Positions 18,858-28,326 of a stretch of DNA of 64,000 bases are shown here, piece after piece. Below the pieces are notes generated by a model that saw nothing but the letters and a program-made list of their open reading frames with translations, was not told the origin of the DNA and made no database searches. The position numbers and the translations under genes were made by a program. Numbering within the stretch: the stretch's first letter is position 1; each line of letters starts with the position of its first letter. Source of the stretch: Hyphomicrobiales bacterium (GTDB lineage Bacteria; Pseudomonadota; Alphaproteobacteria; Rhizobiales; JANPGK01); the NCBI GenBank assembly GCA_031423895.1, contig JANPGK010000004.1, positions 10,561 to 74,560 on the forward strand. The letters run 5' to 3'.

Positions 18858-18938
18858 AAGAGTTGAAATGCTCACGCTCCAACTCTTATTACGCTTCGCG
18901 GTTCGCTATTGCTCCTGCCAATTCATCAGATGAATTGG
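18858..18938. repeat. Family-D structured repeat, copy D1 (intergenic)
   Basis: Hairpin 1 is AAGAGTTG-N14-CAACTCTT. The core is ACGCTTCGCGGTTCGCTATTGCTCC. Hairpin 2 is CCAATTCAT-CAG-ATGAATTGG. Related units are at 42792, 57170 and 63969. Confidence 0.7.
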
Positions 18939-19016
18939 GCGCATTATCAATCAATATAATCGCTTGAAAACGCCTGCGCATTGATCCATATCATGCACAT
19001 ATGGAAATGAAGTGCA

Positions 19017-20042
19017 ATGAACTGGTATAAACGGTTATTTAGCGGCAGTAAAACTGAAGATGCCCCGATAGAGGCCGCTCAGCCACACGAACGTGCGCCG
19101 CTTTCATTTTTAGCGCGTATTGCCCGTGGCCTCACACGCTCATCCGGCCAAATCACTAATAAACTCACTAAGGTGTTCACCCATAAAAAGCTTGATGATG
19201 ATACGCTGCAGGAATTGGAAGACATTCTGATTGAGGCCGATTTGGGCGTGAATATGGCCGCGCAATTGGTGGCCGCACTCAAGGCAGATCGGTTCACCAA
19301 GGAAACCTCGGTTGAGCAGGTGAAAGTATTTTTGGCGGAACACATCACGCAGCAATTGGCGCCCTTTGCCCAGCCGATGAGGATTGCCGATGAACAGGCT
19401 GTACGGCATAAACCCCATGTGATTGTGATGGTGGGGGTGAATGGTACCGGCAAAACCACCACCACCGGCAAGTTGGCCTATATATTTGGCAAAGCGGGGC
19501 TGAAAACCGTGCTGGCAGCGGGGGATACCTTTCGCGCGGCGGCTGTGGCGCAGCTAGAGCGTTGGGGCGAGCGCGCCTTGGTAGAGGTTGTGGCGCTGGA
19601 GGAAGGCAAGGGCGATGCCGCCAGCGTGGCGTTTGCCGCGCATGAACAAGCCGTGGCGCAAGGTGCGGATGTATTGATTGTGGACACAGCAGGGCGCCTG
19701 CAGAATAAAGCCGATTTGATGGAAGAGCTGGCCAAGCTGGTGCGCGTGCTGAAAAAGCGCGATGCCAGCGCCCCGCATGAAGTGATTTTGGTGCTGGATG
19801 CCACAACTGGCCAAAATGCCATGGCACAGGCCGAAGTGTTTGCCAAAATTGTGGGGGTCACAGGGCTGATCATTACGAAATTAGACGGCACAGCGCGCGG
19901 TGGCATTGTGGTGCCCGTGGCCACCACACATAAGCTGCCCGTGCATTTTATTGGTGTGGGCGAAAGCATTGAAGACCTGCTGCCGTTTGAGGCACAAGCC
20001 TATGCGCGGAGCTTGGTAGGGCTAGGTGATATTCAGGGCTAA
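19017..20042 (+). CDS. ftsY: Signal recognition particle receptor FtsY
   Basis: SRP GTPase motifs GVNGTGKTTT, DTAGR and TKLDGTARGG. Confidence 0.9.
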   Translation: MNWYKRLFSGSKTEDAPIEAAQPHERAPLSFLARIARGLTRSSGQITNKLTKVFTHKKLDDDTLQELEDILIEADLGVNMAAQLVAALKADRFTKETSVEQVKVFLAEHITQQLAPFAQPMRIADEQAVRHKPHVIVMVGVNGTGKTTTTGKLAYIFGKAGLKTVLAAGDTFRAAAVAQLERWGERALVEVVALEEGKGDAASVAFAAHEQAVAQGADVLIVDTAGRLQNKADLMEELAKLVRVLKKRDASAPHEVILVLDATTGQNAMAQAEVFAKIVGVTGLIITKLDGTARGGIVVPVATTHKLPVHFIGVGESIEDLLPFEAQAYARSLVGLGDIQG

Positions 20043-20132
20043 ATCCCCTTGCATCCCTTTGCATTAACTGTATATATTCATATAATCTTTACTTGAGATG
20101 GCTATTCTCATGTGATGGGCGCGGGGAGACGC

Positions 20133-21395
20133 ATGCGGTTTAGGTCGGTAAAATATAGCATTTCAGCTGTTGCACTTGCGGCGGCACTGTCTGGATGTGC
20201 TGAAAATAATGCGGATCGTAAGGCCAATGCACCCATTTCTGCCGCCACTGTTAAATTAATGGAAGATCATGGTACCAGCCCCGCCGCCCCTGTGTTGATG
20301 CGGGTGGTGAAGGCGGATTCTAAGCTAGAAGTGTGGAAGAAATCCGCTGCCACCGGCAAATATGCCCTTTTGAAATCCTATGAAATTTGCAAATGGTCGG
20401 GTGATTTGGGTCCCAAAAAAACTGAGGGTGACCGCCAAGCGCCAGAGGGGTTTTATAATATCACCCCTGCGCAGATGAACCCAAATTCAAGCTTTTACCT
20501 GTCATTCAACACGGGCTTCCCCAATGCCTATGACAAATCGCGCGGTTATTCGGGTTCGCATTTGATGGTGCATGGGGATTGCTCTTCGCGCGGCTGCTAT
20601 GCGATGAGTGATGAAAACATCGCCGAAATTTATGCGATTGCGCGGGAATCGTTCCGTGGCGGGCAAAAATCCTTCCAATTGCAGGCGCTGCCGTTCAAAA
20701 TGAACGCCAAAAACATGTTTAAATTCCGCAATAGCACCAATTATGCCTTCTGGCAGAATATCAAAGAGGGTGTGGATCAGTTCGAAGTGAGCGGGCTGGA
20801 GCCAAAAGTGGACGTGTGCAGCAAAAAATATGTGTTCAACGCACAGGGCGTGAGCGGGCTGGATCCGTCAGGCCCATGCCCATCCTATAGCATTCCGCAG
20901 GACATTGCCGCCGCTGTAAGTGTGCGCAAATCGCAAGAACATGCCGAATTGCAAGACTTAATGGCGCAGGAATTGCATAAAAAATCGTCTCCAAAATTAG
21001 CCAGCCTATTGGGTGTACATACGCCTTCCAAGCATGGCGATGTTGACCACGCCGTATTGGCAAAATTGGCCACCAAGGAAAGCGCGCGCGCCTATTTGCC
21101 CAATTCATCGCCTGAAGCGGTTTCATTGCTGGCGCTGCGCCATGAGGAATTGCCCGATGATGTGGTGACAACCGCCTCAATTTCAACGCCAATCAATACG
21201 CCTGCTTTGAAATCAACAAGTTCTAAAGTATCGGCGGTGAAAGCCGTGGCGCCCGCTTCACAAAAGCCTGTTACCAAATCGCAAGACATTCGCGCGTCTC
21301 GCACCGATGATGCGGCAACACGCGCCCAAACGGCCTCGTTGCTGGGCGGCATTTCGTTTTCGGGTGTAAGTGTGCCAATGGGCAACGGGCAATAA
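20133..21395 (+). CDS. YafK-like L,D-transpeptidase-family lipoprotein with a long low-complexity C-terminus
   Basis: Start ATG 20133 has GGAG upstream, followed by a lipobox (AAALSGC). The catalytic-like region is GDRQAPEGFY...HLMVHGDCSSRGCYAMSD. The last ~150 aa are Ser/Ala/Pro-rich. Confidence 0.7.
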   Translation: MRFRSVKYSISAVALAAALSGCAENNADRKANAPISAATVKLMEDHGTSPAAPVLMRVVKADSKLEVWKKSAATGKYALLKSYEICKWSGDLGPKKTEGDRQAPEGFYNITPAQMNPNSSFYLSFNTGFPNAYDKSRGYSGSHLMVHGDCSSRGCYAMSDENIAEIYAIARESFRGGQKSFQLQALPFKMNAKNMFKFRNSTNYAFWQNIKEGVDQFEVSGLEPKVDVCSKKYVFNAQGVSGLDPSGPCPSYSIPQDIAAAVSVRKSQEHAELQDLMAQELHKKSSPKLASLLGVHTPSKHGDVDHAVLAKLATKESARAYLPNSSPEAVSLLALRHEELPDDVVTTASISTPINTPALKSTSSKVSAVKAVAPASQKPVTKSQDIRASRTDDAATRAQTASLLGGISFSGVSVPMGNGQ

Positions 21396-21654
21396 GCGGG
21401 TTATGCATCACGTAATCTATTGAAATCCCTCAAAAACACCCCAATTTCTCCACCCCCACGCACACCATGATAAGATGAGCGTTGAATGTATTGCTGTGAA
21501 GTGATGCGCTCATGCTCTTTGACAGGTGAATAGAGAACGATATGTGCGGGCGTATGCTGCGCATGTGAAATTGGCAGGCAACGCGGCGGGGGAGTGCATC
21601 TTCAGCGGCGTGGCGTGATGCACCCAATTTCATATGCGGGGCAGGGCGCGCCGC

Positions 21655-22059
21655 TCATAATACGCGATCGGTAACCTTATGCTGCTTTAAGTTTGCAGAT
21701 GCGTTTTCCGATTTTTTCTCATAGGCGCGGCGAGCCAGCTCTGTTTGTGATGGGTTTTGCAATACGGTTTTGCCGTCTTCATCAAGCTCGCGATACACGA
21801 TCACTGCAGTTTCAGGCGCGAACACAAAGCCTTGCATGCGCTTGGTTTCAACATCCTTGGCAATTTGCTGTTGTGCCCGCTGATTGGTGTCTTTCGCATT
21901 TTGGTGTGCATTATTTTGAGCATCATTGCCAGTGCGTGCTTGTAGGGCCGCTTCCACGCGTGTGGTGTTATGCCCCTGTGCGCTGGCAATTGCTGTTCCA
22001 TTGGCCTGTGCACTCGCAATTGGCGAAATGGGTGTGTGTGTGACTGCGCCTATATCCAT
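21655..22059 (-). CDS. FlaG-like flagellar protein (putative)
   Basis: 134-aa ORF downstream of flgL. The C-terminal segment (FVFAPETAVIVYRELDEDGKTVLQNPSQTELARRAY) resembles the FlaG signature. Similarity is weak. Confidence 0.45.
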   Translation of the reverse strand: MDIGAVTHTPISPIASAQANGTAIASAQGHNTTRVEAALQARTGNDAQNNAHQNAKDTNQRAQQQIAKDVETKRMQGFVFAPETAVIVYRELDEDGKTVLQNPSQTELARRAYEKKSENASANLKQHKVTDRVL

Positions 22060-22301
22060 GGCCTTACCTCAATACTAACTGACTTCTGTCGTAGCATAGT
22101 CAGTATACACACAAATATTTTAATATGCTGTTAGGGAATATGGTGAATCTCCCGTTACCAAATGGTCGGGAGTGTGTCGTATAGAAAATTGTAAGGGATA
22201 CAATTCATTGCTGTTTCCGCAGCATATATAATGAAATTAAAACATTAAAATTGTATTGAATCTGAGTGTATTATTTTCATAAATTCAGCATTTTGAACAT
22301 A

Positions 22302-23780
22302 TTATCGCAGATAATCCATCAAGCTGATGCGTGAGATGGTGGCGGTGAGTTGGTAGCTGGCTTCTAACGTGCCTTTCACACTTAATAACCTTGTGGCCAC
22401 CTCTTCGGTTTCAATATTTTCAACATTCGAGATTTGGTCCTCAAGTAGGGCGTTGCGCAATGTGTGGCGGCTATTGGCTGCGTTCATAATGCTGTGCGTG
22501 GTACCCAATTGTGCGCGCATAGAGCTGAGGCCGCCATCACCAGTTGAGGATTCATTCAACAAATTGGCGGAACGATCGAGCAATTGGTCATAGCGCTGCT
22601 TGTTGGCGGCATCCACTGTGGGGAAGCTGTCGGCGGCCAGCACCAGCATGGATTGCAGGGCTTTTTTAATGCCATTTTCGGTGGCGCGGGCGCCATAGCC
22701 AAGGCGTTGGCCGTTGTCGATCTCGACCTTTGAGGTTTGCCGAGGGGAATCGCCGCTGTCTTCGCCCTTATACCAAAATACGGTGTTGGCAATTGTGCCA
22801 TCCACCAATGCTGTGGACGTGGCTGGCGTGCCCACAACACGTTTGGGTGGGTTGGCGAGAAAATCATTGCTGGCTTGTATGGCGGATGCCGCACCTAAAT
22901 CGGTGGTGGCTTTGCCTTGAATGGCGGTGTTCAGTGCTGCTAATAGGTTGGATGCGGTTGCAGATGTTGAAGCGCCAATTTGGAATTGGCCCTCGCCCGC
23001 AGTGCCCGTGGTTGCTGTTAGCTTTAAATTGAGCGTTGAACCATCGGGCATATTGAGTTTGAATGTGACATTTTCGCCTGCCTGTGGTTGTGATGTGACG
23101 GCAACCGTGCCCGACTTTGGGCTGCCTGTGGGCTGCACAATGGCAATGCCTGTGGAGGTTGTCGTGACATCGCTGAGCTTAAAGCCGAAGGGATGCGCGC
23201 CGTCTTCGGCAAGTGTGAGGGTGGAGGTTGCCACGGATGTGGTGAGGCGCCCCATATTGCCCGTACCTAAGTCCGCCGCTTTGCGCTCACTCATAATGGT
23301 TTTGAGGCCCGCTTTGAGTCCATCACCATCGAGCATGACATCCACCGATTCTGTGGCGGCATTGGTCACGGCGCGGCCAGAAAATAATTTGCGACCGCCA
23401 AAATCTTGATTGAGCAAGCTTGTCATCTCTTCTGCGTATAATTTGGCGTTCAACTGCACTTGGGTTTGATTATTGCTCGCAATATCGAGATTGGCATTTG
23501 TTGTGGCCGATTTTACATCCCGCGTGATGGCTTGAATGCGGTCGAGGGTTTGGTCCATCGCTTTTAAGCGATCGCCAGAGTCACGAATGGTATTTTTAAA
23601 GCCTTCCACGTCGGCAATCATGCGGCGCGCATCAATAGCGATTGAGCGTGAGATCCCTAATTTAGAATAGGTTTGGGCTTTTTTACCCGTGCTCAGCTGT
23701 TCTTGCGAGTTCCACAATTCATTGCGCAACCCTCCAAGTGATGCAAATAATCGACGTTGTGCGGCTGGTGTGATTGTCAT
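22302..23780 (-). CDS. flgL: Flagellar hook-associated protein 3 (FlgL), long form
   Basis: Flagellin-like N-terminal and C-terminal helices (..LSTGKKAQTYSKLG.., ..TEEVATRLLSVKGTLEASYQLTATISRISLMDYL). It starts 2 nt after the flgK stop. Confidence 0.8.
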   Translation of the reverse strand: MTITPAAQRRLFASLGGLRNELWNSQEQLSTGKKAQTYSKLGISRSIAIDARRMIADVEGFKNTIRDSGDRLKAMDQTLDRIQAITRDVKSATTNANLDIASNNQTQVQLNAKLYAEEMTSLLNQDFGGRKLFSGRAVTNAATESVDVMLDGDGLKAGLKTIMSERKAADLGTGNMGRLTTSVATSTLTLAEDGAHPFGFKLSDVTTTSTGIAIVQPTGSPKSGTVAVTSQPQAGENVTFKLNMPDGSTLNLKLTATTGTAGEGQFQIGASTSATASNLLAALNTAIQGKATTDLGAASAIQASNDFLANPPKRVVGTPATSTALVDGTIANTVFWYKGEDSGDSPRQTSKVEIDNGQRLGYGARATENGIKKALQSMLVLAADSFPTVDAANKQRYDQLLDRSANLLNESSTGDGGLSSMRAQLGTTHSIMNAANSRHTLRNALLEDQISNVENIETEEVATRLLSVKGTLEASYQLTATISRISLMDYLR

Positions 23781-23781
23781 C

Positions 23782-25659
23782 TTAGTTCGCCATTCTTAGT
23801 AATACATCAAACATGTCGCTAATTGCAGACACCACACGCGCATTGGCACTGTACATTTGCTGCAATACGGTTAGAGAGGCCATTTCTTGGTCAACATCCA
23901 CACCTGTGCTGTCTTCAAAGCGTGCCTGAAGATTATTCAATACAACACTTTGAGAGTCTTGCAGCGAATTGGCACTTTCAGCTTTACCAGATTGCAGCGA
24001 GATAATTCGTTGTAAATAGCCGCCTAATGTGCCTTGATAGGGTGTGCTGGTTGACCCAATATTGGCTTTGGGGTTGAATGTATGGCTGCTATTTTTGATC
24101 GCGTCTAAAATTGCTTGCGGACGGGTTGGGTCGCCTTGCCCCGCAGCGGAGGTAGACGAGAATACAACCAATGCGCTTGGGTCATTCAGCACTGTTGTAT
24201 TCAGGCTGATACGCTGTGCAAACCCTACAGTTTGGCCGCCATTTTCAGGTGCGCCCGTAAAATAACCACTCACCGAGCCGGGGTCGAGAAATAAAGGCAA
24301 TGCCGCTTTACCCGATTGCAGCGAGGTGATTGTGGAGGACGTAGATGCTGCCAACACATTGGTTGTGGCGGCAGCGCCATCATCTAATATGCGCAAATTG
24401 CTGCCAGATGGATTAGAAACGGTGTAGCCGCTGCCAAGTGCAGCTTGCACTTGCGACACCACTGAACTGAGTCCGCCAGAAAAGTCGATCCCCACTGTTC
24501 TGTCGCCAGCTGTTGTGGGGCCAAATGAAATGGCTGCCGCTGATGTAGCATCGGTGGTTTTTATGAATGTATAAATGCTGCGCGCCGCGCCATTTTGTAC
24601 TTCCACCGAGAATGTATTGCCCGACTGTAATGGGCTCAGGTTCAGGTCAAACCCTGTGGCAGCGCCTGAAGTTGCGGCTGTGCCTTGCGTCGTGGTGTTG
24701 GAAAGCGAAAGTGCCAATTGCGCAGCCAATTCATCAAATTGTGCTTGTGCATCTACAAATGCAGTATCGCGCAGTTCGAGCAAGCCCGCAATTTTACCCC
24801 CACGGATGGATTTGCCGGCGATCAAATCATAGCTTGTACCATTATTGTTGAGAATGGAAATTGTGCCCACGTCGCGTTTGGTGGAATCGGCAGACCAACG
24901 CGATTGCGCGGTGAGTGAGTCTCGACCATCAAAATTGAGCTTCAATGCAGTGCCGTCAAATAATACAGTGCCGTTTGAGGTTGAGATTGAAATGGCGCCT
25001 TGTTCGCCATTATTGACGCGCAAATCGACAAGTTCGGAGAGATCTGCAATGGCTTTATCGCGGGCATCGAGCGCATTTTGATAGGACATGCCGCCTAAAG
25101 CAAATTGTGAGATCACCTGTTTGTTGATGGATTCAATTTGTCCTAGCAAGTTATTGGCTTGCCCCACGGCCTCGGTCAGTGAGCGTTCGGTTTGGGAACG
25201 CAAGCCGTTCAAATCGGTAGACATAGAGTTTAACCGCTGTGCCAGCAATTGCGCTTCGGAGACAACTTTTGTGCGGGCCACGTCTGATTCTGGACTGGTC
25301 ACCAAACCTTGCAACGAGGTGTTCAGGGTGTTGAATAATGTATCAATTGCGTCTGTCGAGCCAGGTTTGCCAAAAATGGCATCCATACGATTTAAATATT
25401 CGGCTTTGGAATTGATAAAACCAGAGTTTGTTGTTTCAGCCCTTACAGAGCGCTGCAGCACATCGTCGAGCGCGCGCGTGACTTGTCCCGTGCTCACACC
25501 CCGCGTTTGCCCGTTAGAGGCGTTCATCACGTTGTTTTGAATTTTGCGCGAATAGCCAGCGGTTTGCGCATTGGCAATATTCTGCGAGGTCACGTCTAAT
25601 GAAGATTGCGTGACATTCAAACCCGATAACGCGTTGCTTAACGCTGTGGTAAGACCCAT
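23782..25659 (-). CDS. flgK: Flagellar hook-associated protein 1 (FlgK)
   Basis: The N-terminus MGLTTALSNALSGLNVTQSSLDVTSQNIANAQTAGYSRK and the C-terminal VDQEMASLTVLQQMYSANARV are typical of FlgK. Confidence 0.9.
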   Translation of the reverse strand: MGLTTALSNALSGLNVTQSSLDVTSQNIANAQTAGYSRKIQNNVMNASNGQTRGVSTGQVTRALDDVLQRSVRAETTNSGFINSKAEYLNRMDAIFGKPGSTDAIDTLFNTLNTSLQGLVTSPESDVARTKVVSEAQLLAQRLNSMSTDLNGLRSQTERSLTEAVGQANNLLGQIESINKQVISQFALGGMSYQNALDARDKAIADLSELVDLRVNNGEQGAISISTSNGTVLFDGTALKLNFDGRDSLTAQSRWSADSTKRDVGTISILNNNGTSYDLIAGKSIRGGKIAGLLELRDTAFVDAQAQFDELAAQLALSLSNTTTQGTAATSGAATGFDLNLSPLQSGNTFSVEVQNGAARSIYTFIKTTDATSAAAISFGPTTAGDRTVGIDFSGGLSSVVSQVQAALGSGYTVSNPSGSNLRILDDGAAATTNVLAASTSSTITSLQSGKAALPLFLDPGSVSGYFTGAPENGGQTVGFAQRISLNTTVLNDPSALVVFSSTSAAGQGDPTRPQAILDAIKNSSHTFNPKANIGSTSTPYQGTLGGYLQRIISLQSGKAESANSLQDSQSVVLNNLQARFEDSTGVDVDQEMASLTVLQQMYSANARVVSAISDMFDVLLRMAN

Positions 25660-25763
25660 TGTGCCGCTCCTTGGCTATACCCAGCGCTTTCTGCGTGGTG
25701 GTCATCCCCCCAATGTGCCACAAGGGCTTTAATCCATTGCTAAAATAGGCGGTTAATAATCCA

Positions 25764-27131
25764 TTACCGGATCATATTCACCACTTCTTGAAGCATTTGG
25801 TTGGAGGTGGTCACCACGCGTGTATTTGCTGTGTAGGCTTGTTGTGTCACGATGAGTTTGGTGAACTCATCTGCGATGTCTGTGTTGGAGGATTCGAGAG
25901 ATCCACCGATGATTGTACCCGCTTTGCCAATGATGGGCTCTCCGGAATCTTGCGTGGCCTGGAAGGCACCACCGTCTAATTTTTTGAGCGAGTTGTCGGC
26001 ATTAAATGTTGCCAATGCAATATTGGCCAATTTTTTGGTGCGGCCGTTTGAATAGCTGCCTGTGAGAATGCCGCCGTCGGCGATGCTGATCGAGCTGAGT
26101 TCGCCCGAGGAATAACCGTTTTGATCCAGCTGTGTCACCTGTGTCGAGCCGTTGGCATCGGCATATTGTGTCACGCCTGTGCCGCCAAAATTCATAGCCA
26201 CGGTGCCAATTGCCGTGCCGTTTAAGGTCAAGGTACCTAGCGATACGGTTGAAATTGCTGGGCTAAGCTTTCCTGTGGCGTCGAACACAAAATTTCTACC
26301 CACATTAGTCCATGCTGTTGCTGTGCCTGTGGCGGCGCTATTGCTTTGATAAAATAAATTCCATGTTTCAGAGCCAGCAGTGTTACTAATTTTGGCCCAC
26401 CGCATTTGAAAATTGTTGGCGTTTCCTGTTGGGTCGTAGACTGTGGCGGCACCGCCCGCGATGGATTGACTTAAAAACGTGTTCACATCATTAGCTTGAA
26501 CAACGCCAGTGCCTGCAACCGTTGGGTTCACCGTATAGGATGAAGGTGTGAGCAGTTCACTATTGGCAACGGTTTTATCGGCCGATGCTGTGAGTGGGTA
26601 TTTTGCGATATTGCCGCGATAGGTGACAGTTGATGTGGCTTTTGCGGCGAGCAAATCATTGCTAATTCTCAGGGCTGAAGGCGTGCTGCCATCGGGGTTG
26701 CCAGTGGTTTCATCGAGTGTGAGGCCTTTGAGATAATAGCCAGCGCCATTCACCAAAAATCCGCTGCGATCCAGCTGGAAGTCACCACGGCGTGAGTATA
26801 GATCCACCCCTGTGAACACAGGCAAGTTGTCGACGAAGCCAGAGCGCTCTTGTACAATGAAGTAGCCTTCACCATTAATGCCCATGAAAGTAGGAACGGA
26901 TGAGGATTGAATATCGCCCTGCACGGTGTTTGTGGCGCGTGAAAACGCAAGCACAGACCCAGAAATTTGGCGCTCAGCGGGCGCTTCTGGCACAAGATCC
27001 ACAAAACTACTGTCGGTTCGCTTAAACCCTGTGGTTTGCGAGTTGGCAATATTGCCAGAAATATTCTCGAACGCATAAGACTGTGCCCGAATTCCACTCA
27101 CCGATGTCGACAACGCACCAAAAATACCCAT
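25764..27131 (-). CDS. flgE: Flagellar hook protein FlgE
   Basis: Start ATG 27131 has GGAG 8 nt upstream; the ORF-track start at 27155 is a GTG. N-terminus MGIFGALSTSVSGIRAQSYAFENISGNIANSQTTGFK; C-terminus DIADEFTKLIVTQQAYTANTRVVTT. Confidence 0.9.
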   Translation of the reverse strand: MGIFGALSTSVSGIRAQSYAFENISGNIANSQTTGFKRTDSSFVDLVPEAPAERQISGSVLAFSRATNTVQGDIQSSSVPTFMGINGEGYFIVQERSGFVDNLPVFTGVDLYSRRGDFQLDRSGFLVNGAGYYLKGLTLDETTGNPDGSTPSALRISNDLLAAKATSTVTYRGNIAKYPLTASADKTVANSELLTPSSYTVNPTVAGTGVVQANDVNTFLSQSIAGGAATVYDPTGNANNFQMRWAKISNTAGSETWNLFYQSNSAATGTATAWTNVGRNFVFDATGKLSPAISTVSLGTLTLNGTAIGTVAMNFGGTGVTQYADANGSTQVTQLDQNGYSSGELSSISIADGGILTGSYSNGRTKKLANIALATFNADNSLKKLDGGAFQATQDSGEPIIGKAGTIIGGSLESSNTDIADEFTKLIVTQQAYTANTRVVTTSNQMLQEVVNMIR

Positions 27132-27185
27132 ACTCAACGCTCCACTACTAAACACTCAGGCGCAACTGGCCTGCATTGATGTGTA

Positions 27186-27200
27186 GCAAATGGCGTGCCA
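27186..27200 (-). promoter_or_regulatory. Sigma-54 (-24/-12) promoter of the flgE-flgK-flgL operon
   Basis: The minus strand reads TGGCAC-GCCAT-TTGC, the consensus with exact GG-N10-GC spacing. It lies about 55 nt upstream of the flgE ATG, and the cognate activator FlbD is encoded in the same window. Confidence 0.75.
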
Positions 27201-27283
27201 ATATTATTATATAATTATTTCAATATGTTATATGTTTTACAAATTAAGCTGTGTGGCAAAAAAGTGGCGAATATTGTGCCGAG

Positions 27284-27298
27284 CGGCAATTTTTGCCG
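27284..27298. promoter_or_regulatory. Candidate enhancer dyad (possible FlbD site) upstream of the flgE sigma-54 promoter
   Basis: Perfect dyad CGGCAA-TTT-TTGCCG about 90 nt upstream of the -24 element. An AT-rich stretch with an IHF-like TTTCAATATGTTA (27218..27230) lies in between. Confidence 0.4.
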
Positions 27299-27300
27299 TG

Positions 27301-28287
27301 TCACCCCCACAGCCCCCCATCCGCAGGCATAATCTGTGCCCCATTAAATTGCAGCGGGTGGGGGCGGTCTTGCGCCAATAATAGGGGCCCGTCGAGGTCG
27401 ACATAATCGGCAGTGGCGGCCAGCAAAAGCGCGGGTGCCATGGCCAGCGATGTGGCCAGCATACAGCCGATCATAATTTTGAAGTTCAGGGCGCGGGCTT
27501 CGTGCAACAATTTTACAGCCTCGGTGAGGCCGCCAGCTTTATCGAGTTTAATGTTTACCGCGTCATATTTGCCCACGAGCTGTGGCAAATCGGCGCGAGT
27601 GTGCAGGCTTTCATCGGCGCAAATGGGCACAAGTCGGGTGATATGCCGCAAAAGCTCATCATTGCTGGCGGGCAGGGGTTGCTCGATCAACGCCACGCGT
27701 GCGGTGTGGGCAGCGGCCAAAAGCGGCAACATCAACTGAGCTGTCCACGCTTCATTGGCATCGGCAATTAATATGGCGTGTGGGGCTGCGGCGCGCACGG
27801 CGTGCATGCGGGCTTCGTCCCCCGCTCCGCCCAATTTTAATTTGAGCAATGGGTATGTACTGGCCACTTGCGCAGCTTTTGCCGCCATGGCTTCAGGGGT
27901 ATCGAGGCTTAATGTATAAGCGGTGGTGAGCGGTTTTGGCTGCGGCAGGCTAAGCACGTGCCACACGGGTTGCCCCAATGTTTTAGCGTGTGCGTGCCAC
28001 CATGCGCAATCGAGCCCATTGCGCGCTGCCCCTGCGGGCATGGCGTCGATGAGTGGCTTGAGTGCGGCCAAATCGGGTGCGCTGTGCGCGGCCACTTCAG
28101 CAATTTGTGCCAACACGCTTTCTGCCGTTTCGCCATAGTGTTTATAAGGCACGCATTCGGCGTGGGCGTGTATGCCTGTGTGGTCCAACTCCACATACAC
28201 CACCGTTTGCACGGTACGGCGTTCGCGCGCGATGACAAACGCCCCCGTAATAGGGAAATGCTCGATGCGGGCGGAAATTGTGATCAT
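27301..28287 (-). CDS. Dipeptide epimerase (enolase superfamily, L-Ala-D/L-Glu epimerase-like)
   Basis: Enolase-superfamily layout with KLKLG, DANEAW and ADES-type metal/catalytic motifs (LLKLKLGG, LIADANEAW, ICADESL, NIKLDKAGG). Confidence 0.75.
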   Translation of the reverse strand: MITISARIEHFPITGAFVIARERRTVQTVVYVELDHTGIHAHAECVPYKHYGETAESVLAQIAEVAAHSAPDLAALKPLIDAMPAGAARNGLDCAWWHAHAKTLGQPVWHVLSLPQPKPLTTAYTLSLDTPEAMAAKAAQVASTYPLLKLKLGGAGDEARMHAVRAAAPHAILIADANEAWTAQLMLPLLAAAHTARVALIEQPLPASNDELLRHITRLVPICADESLHTRADLPQLVGKYDAVNIKLDKAGGLTEAVKLLHEARALNFKIMIGCMLATSLAMAPALLLAATADYVDLDGPLLLAQDRPHPLQFNGAQIMPADGGLWG

Positions 28288-28326
28288 TCAGTTGCTCTTG
28301 CTGTGAATTGGTTTTAGCGTGATGGC

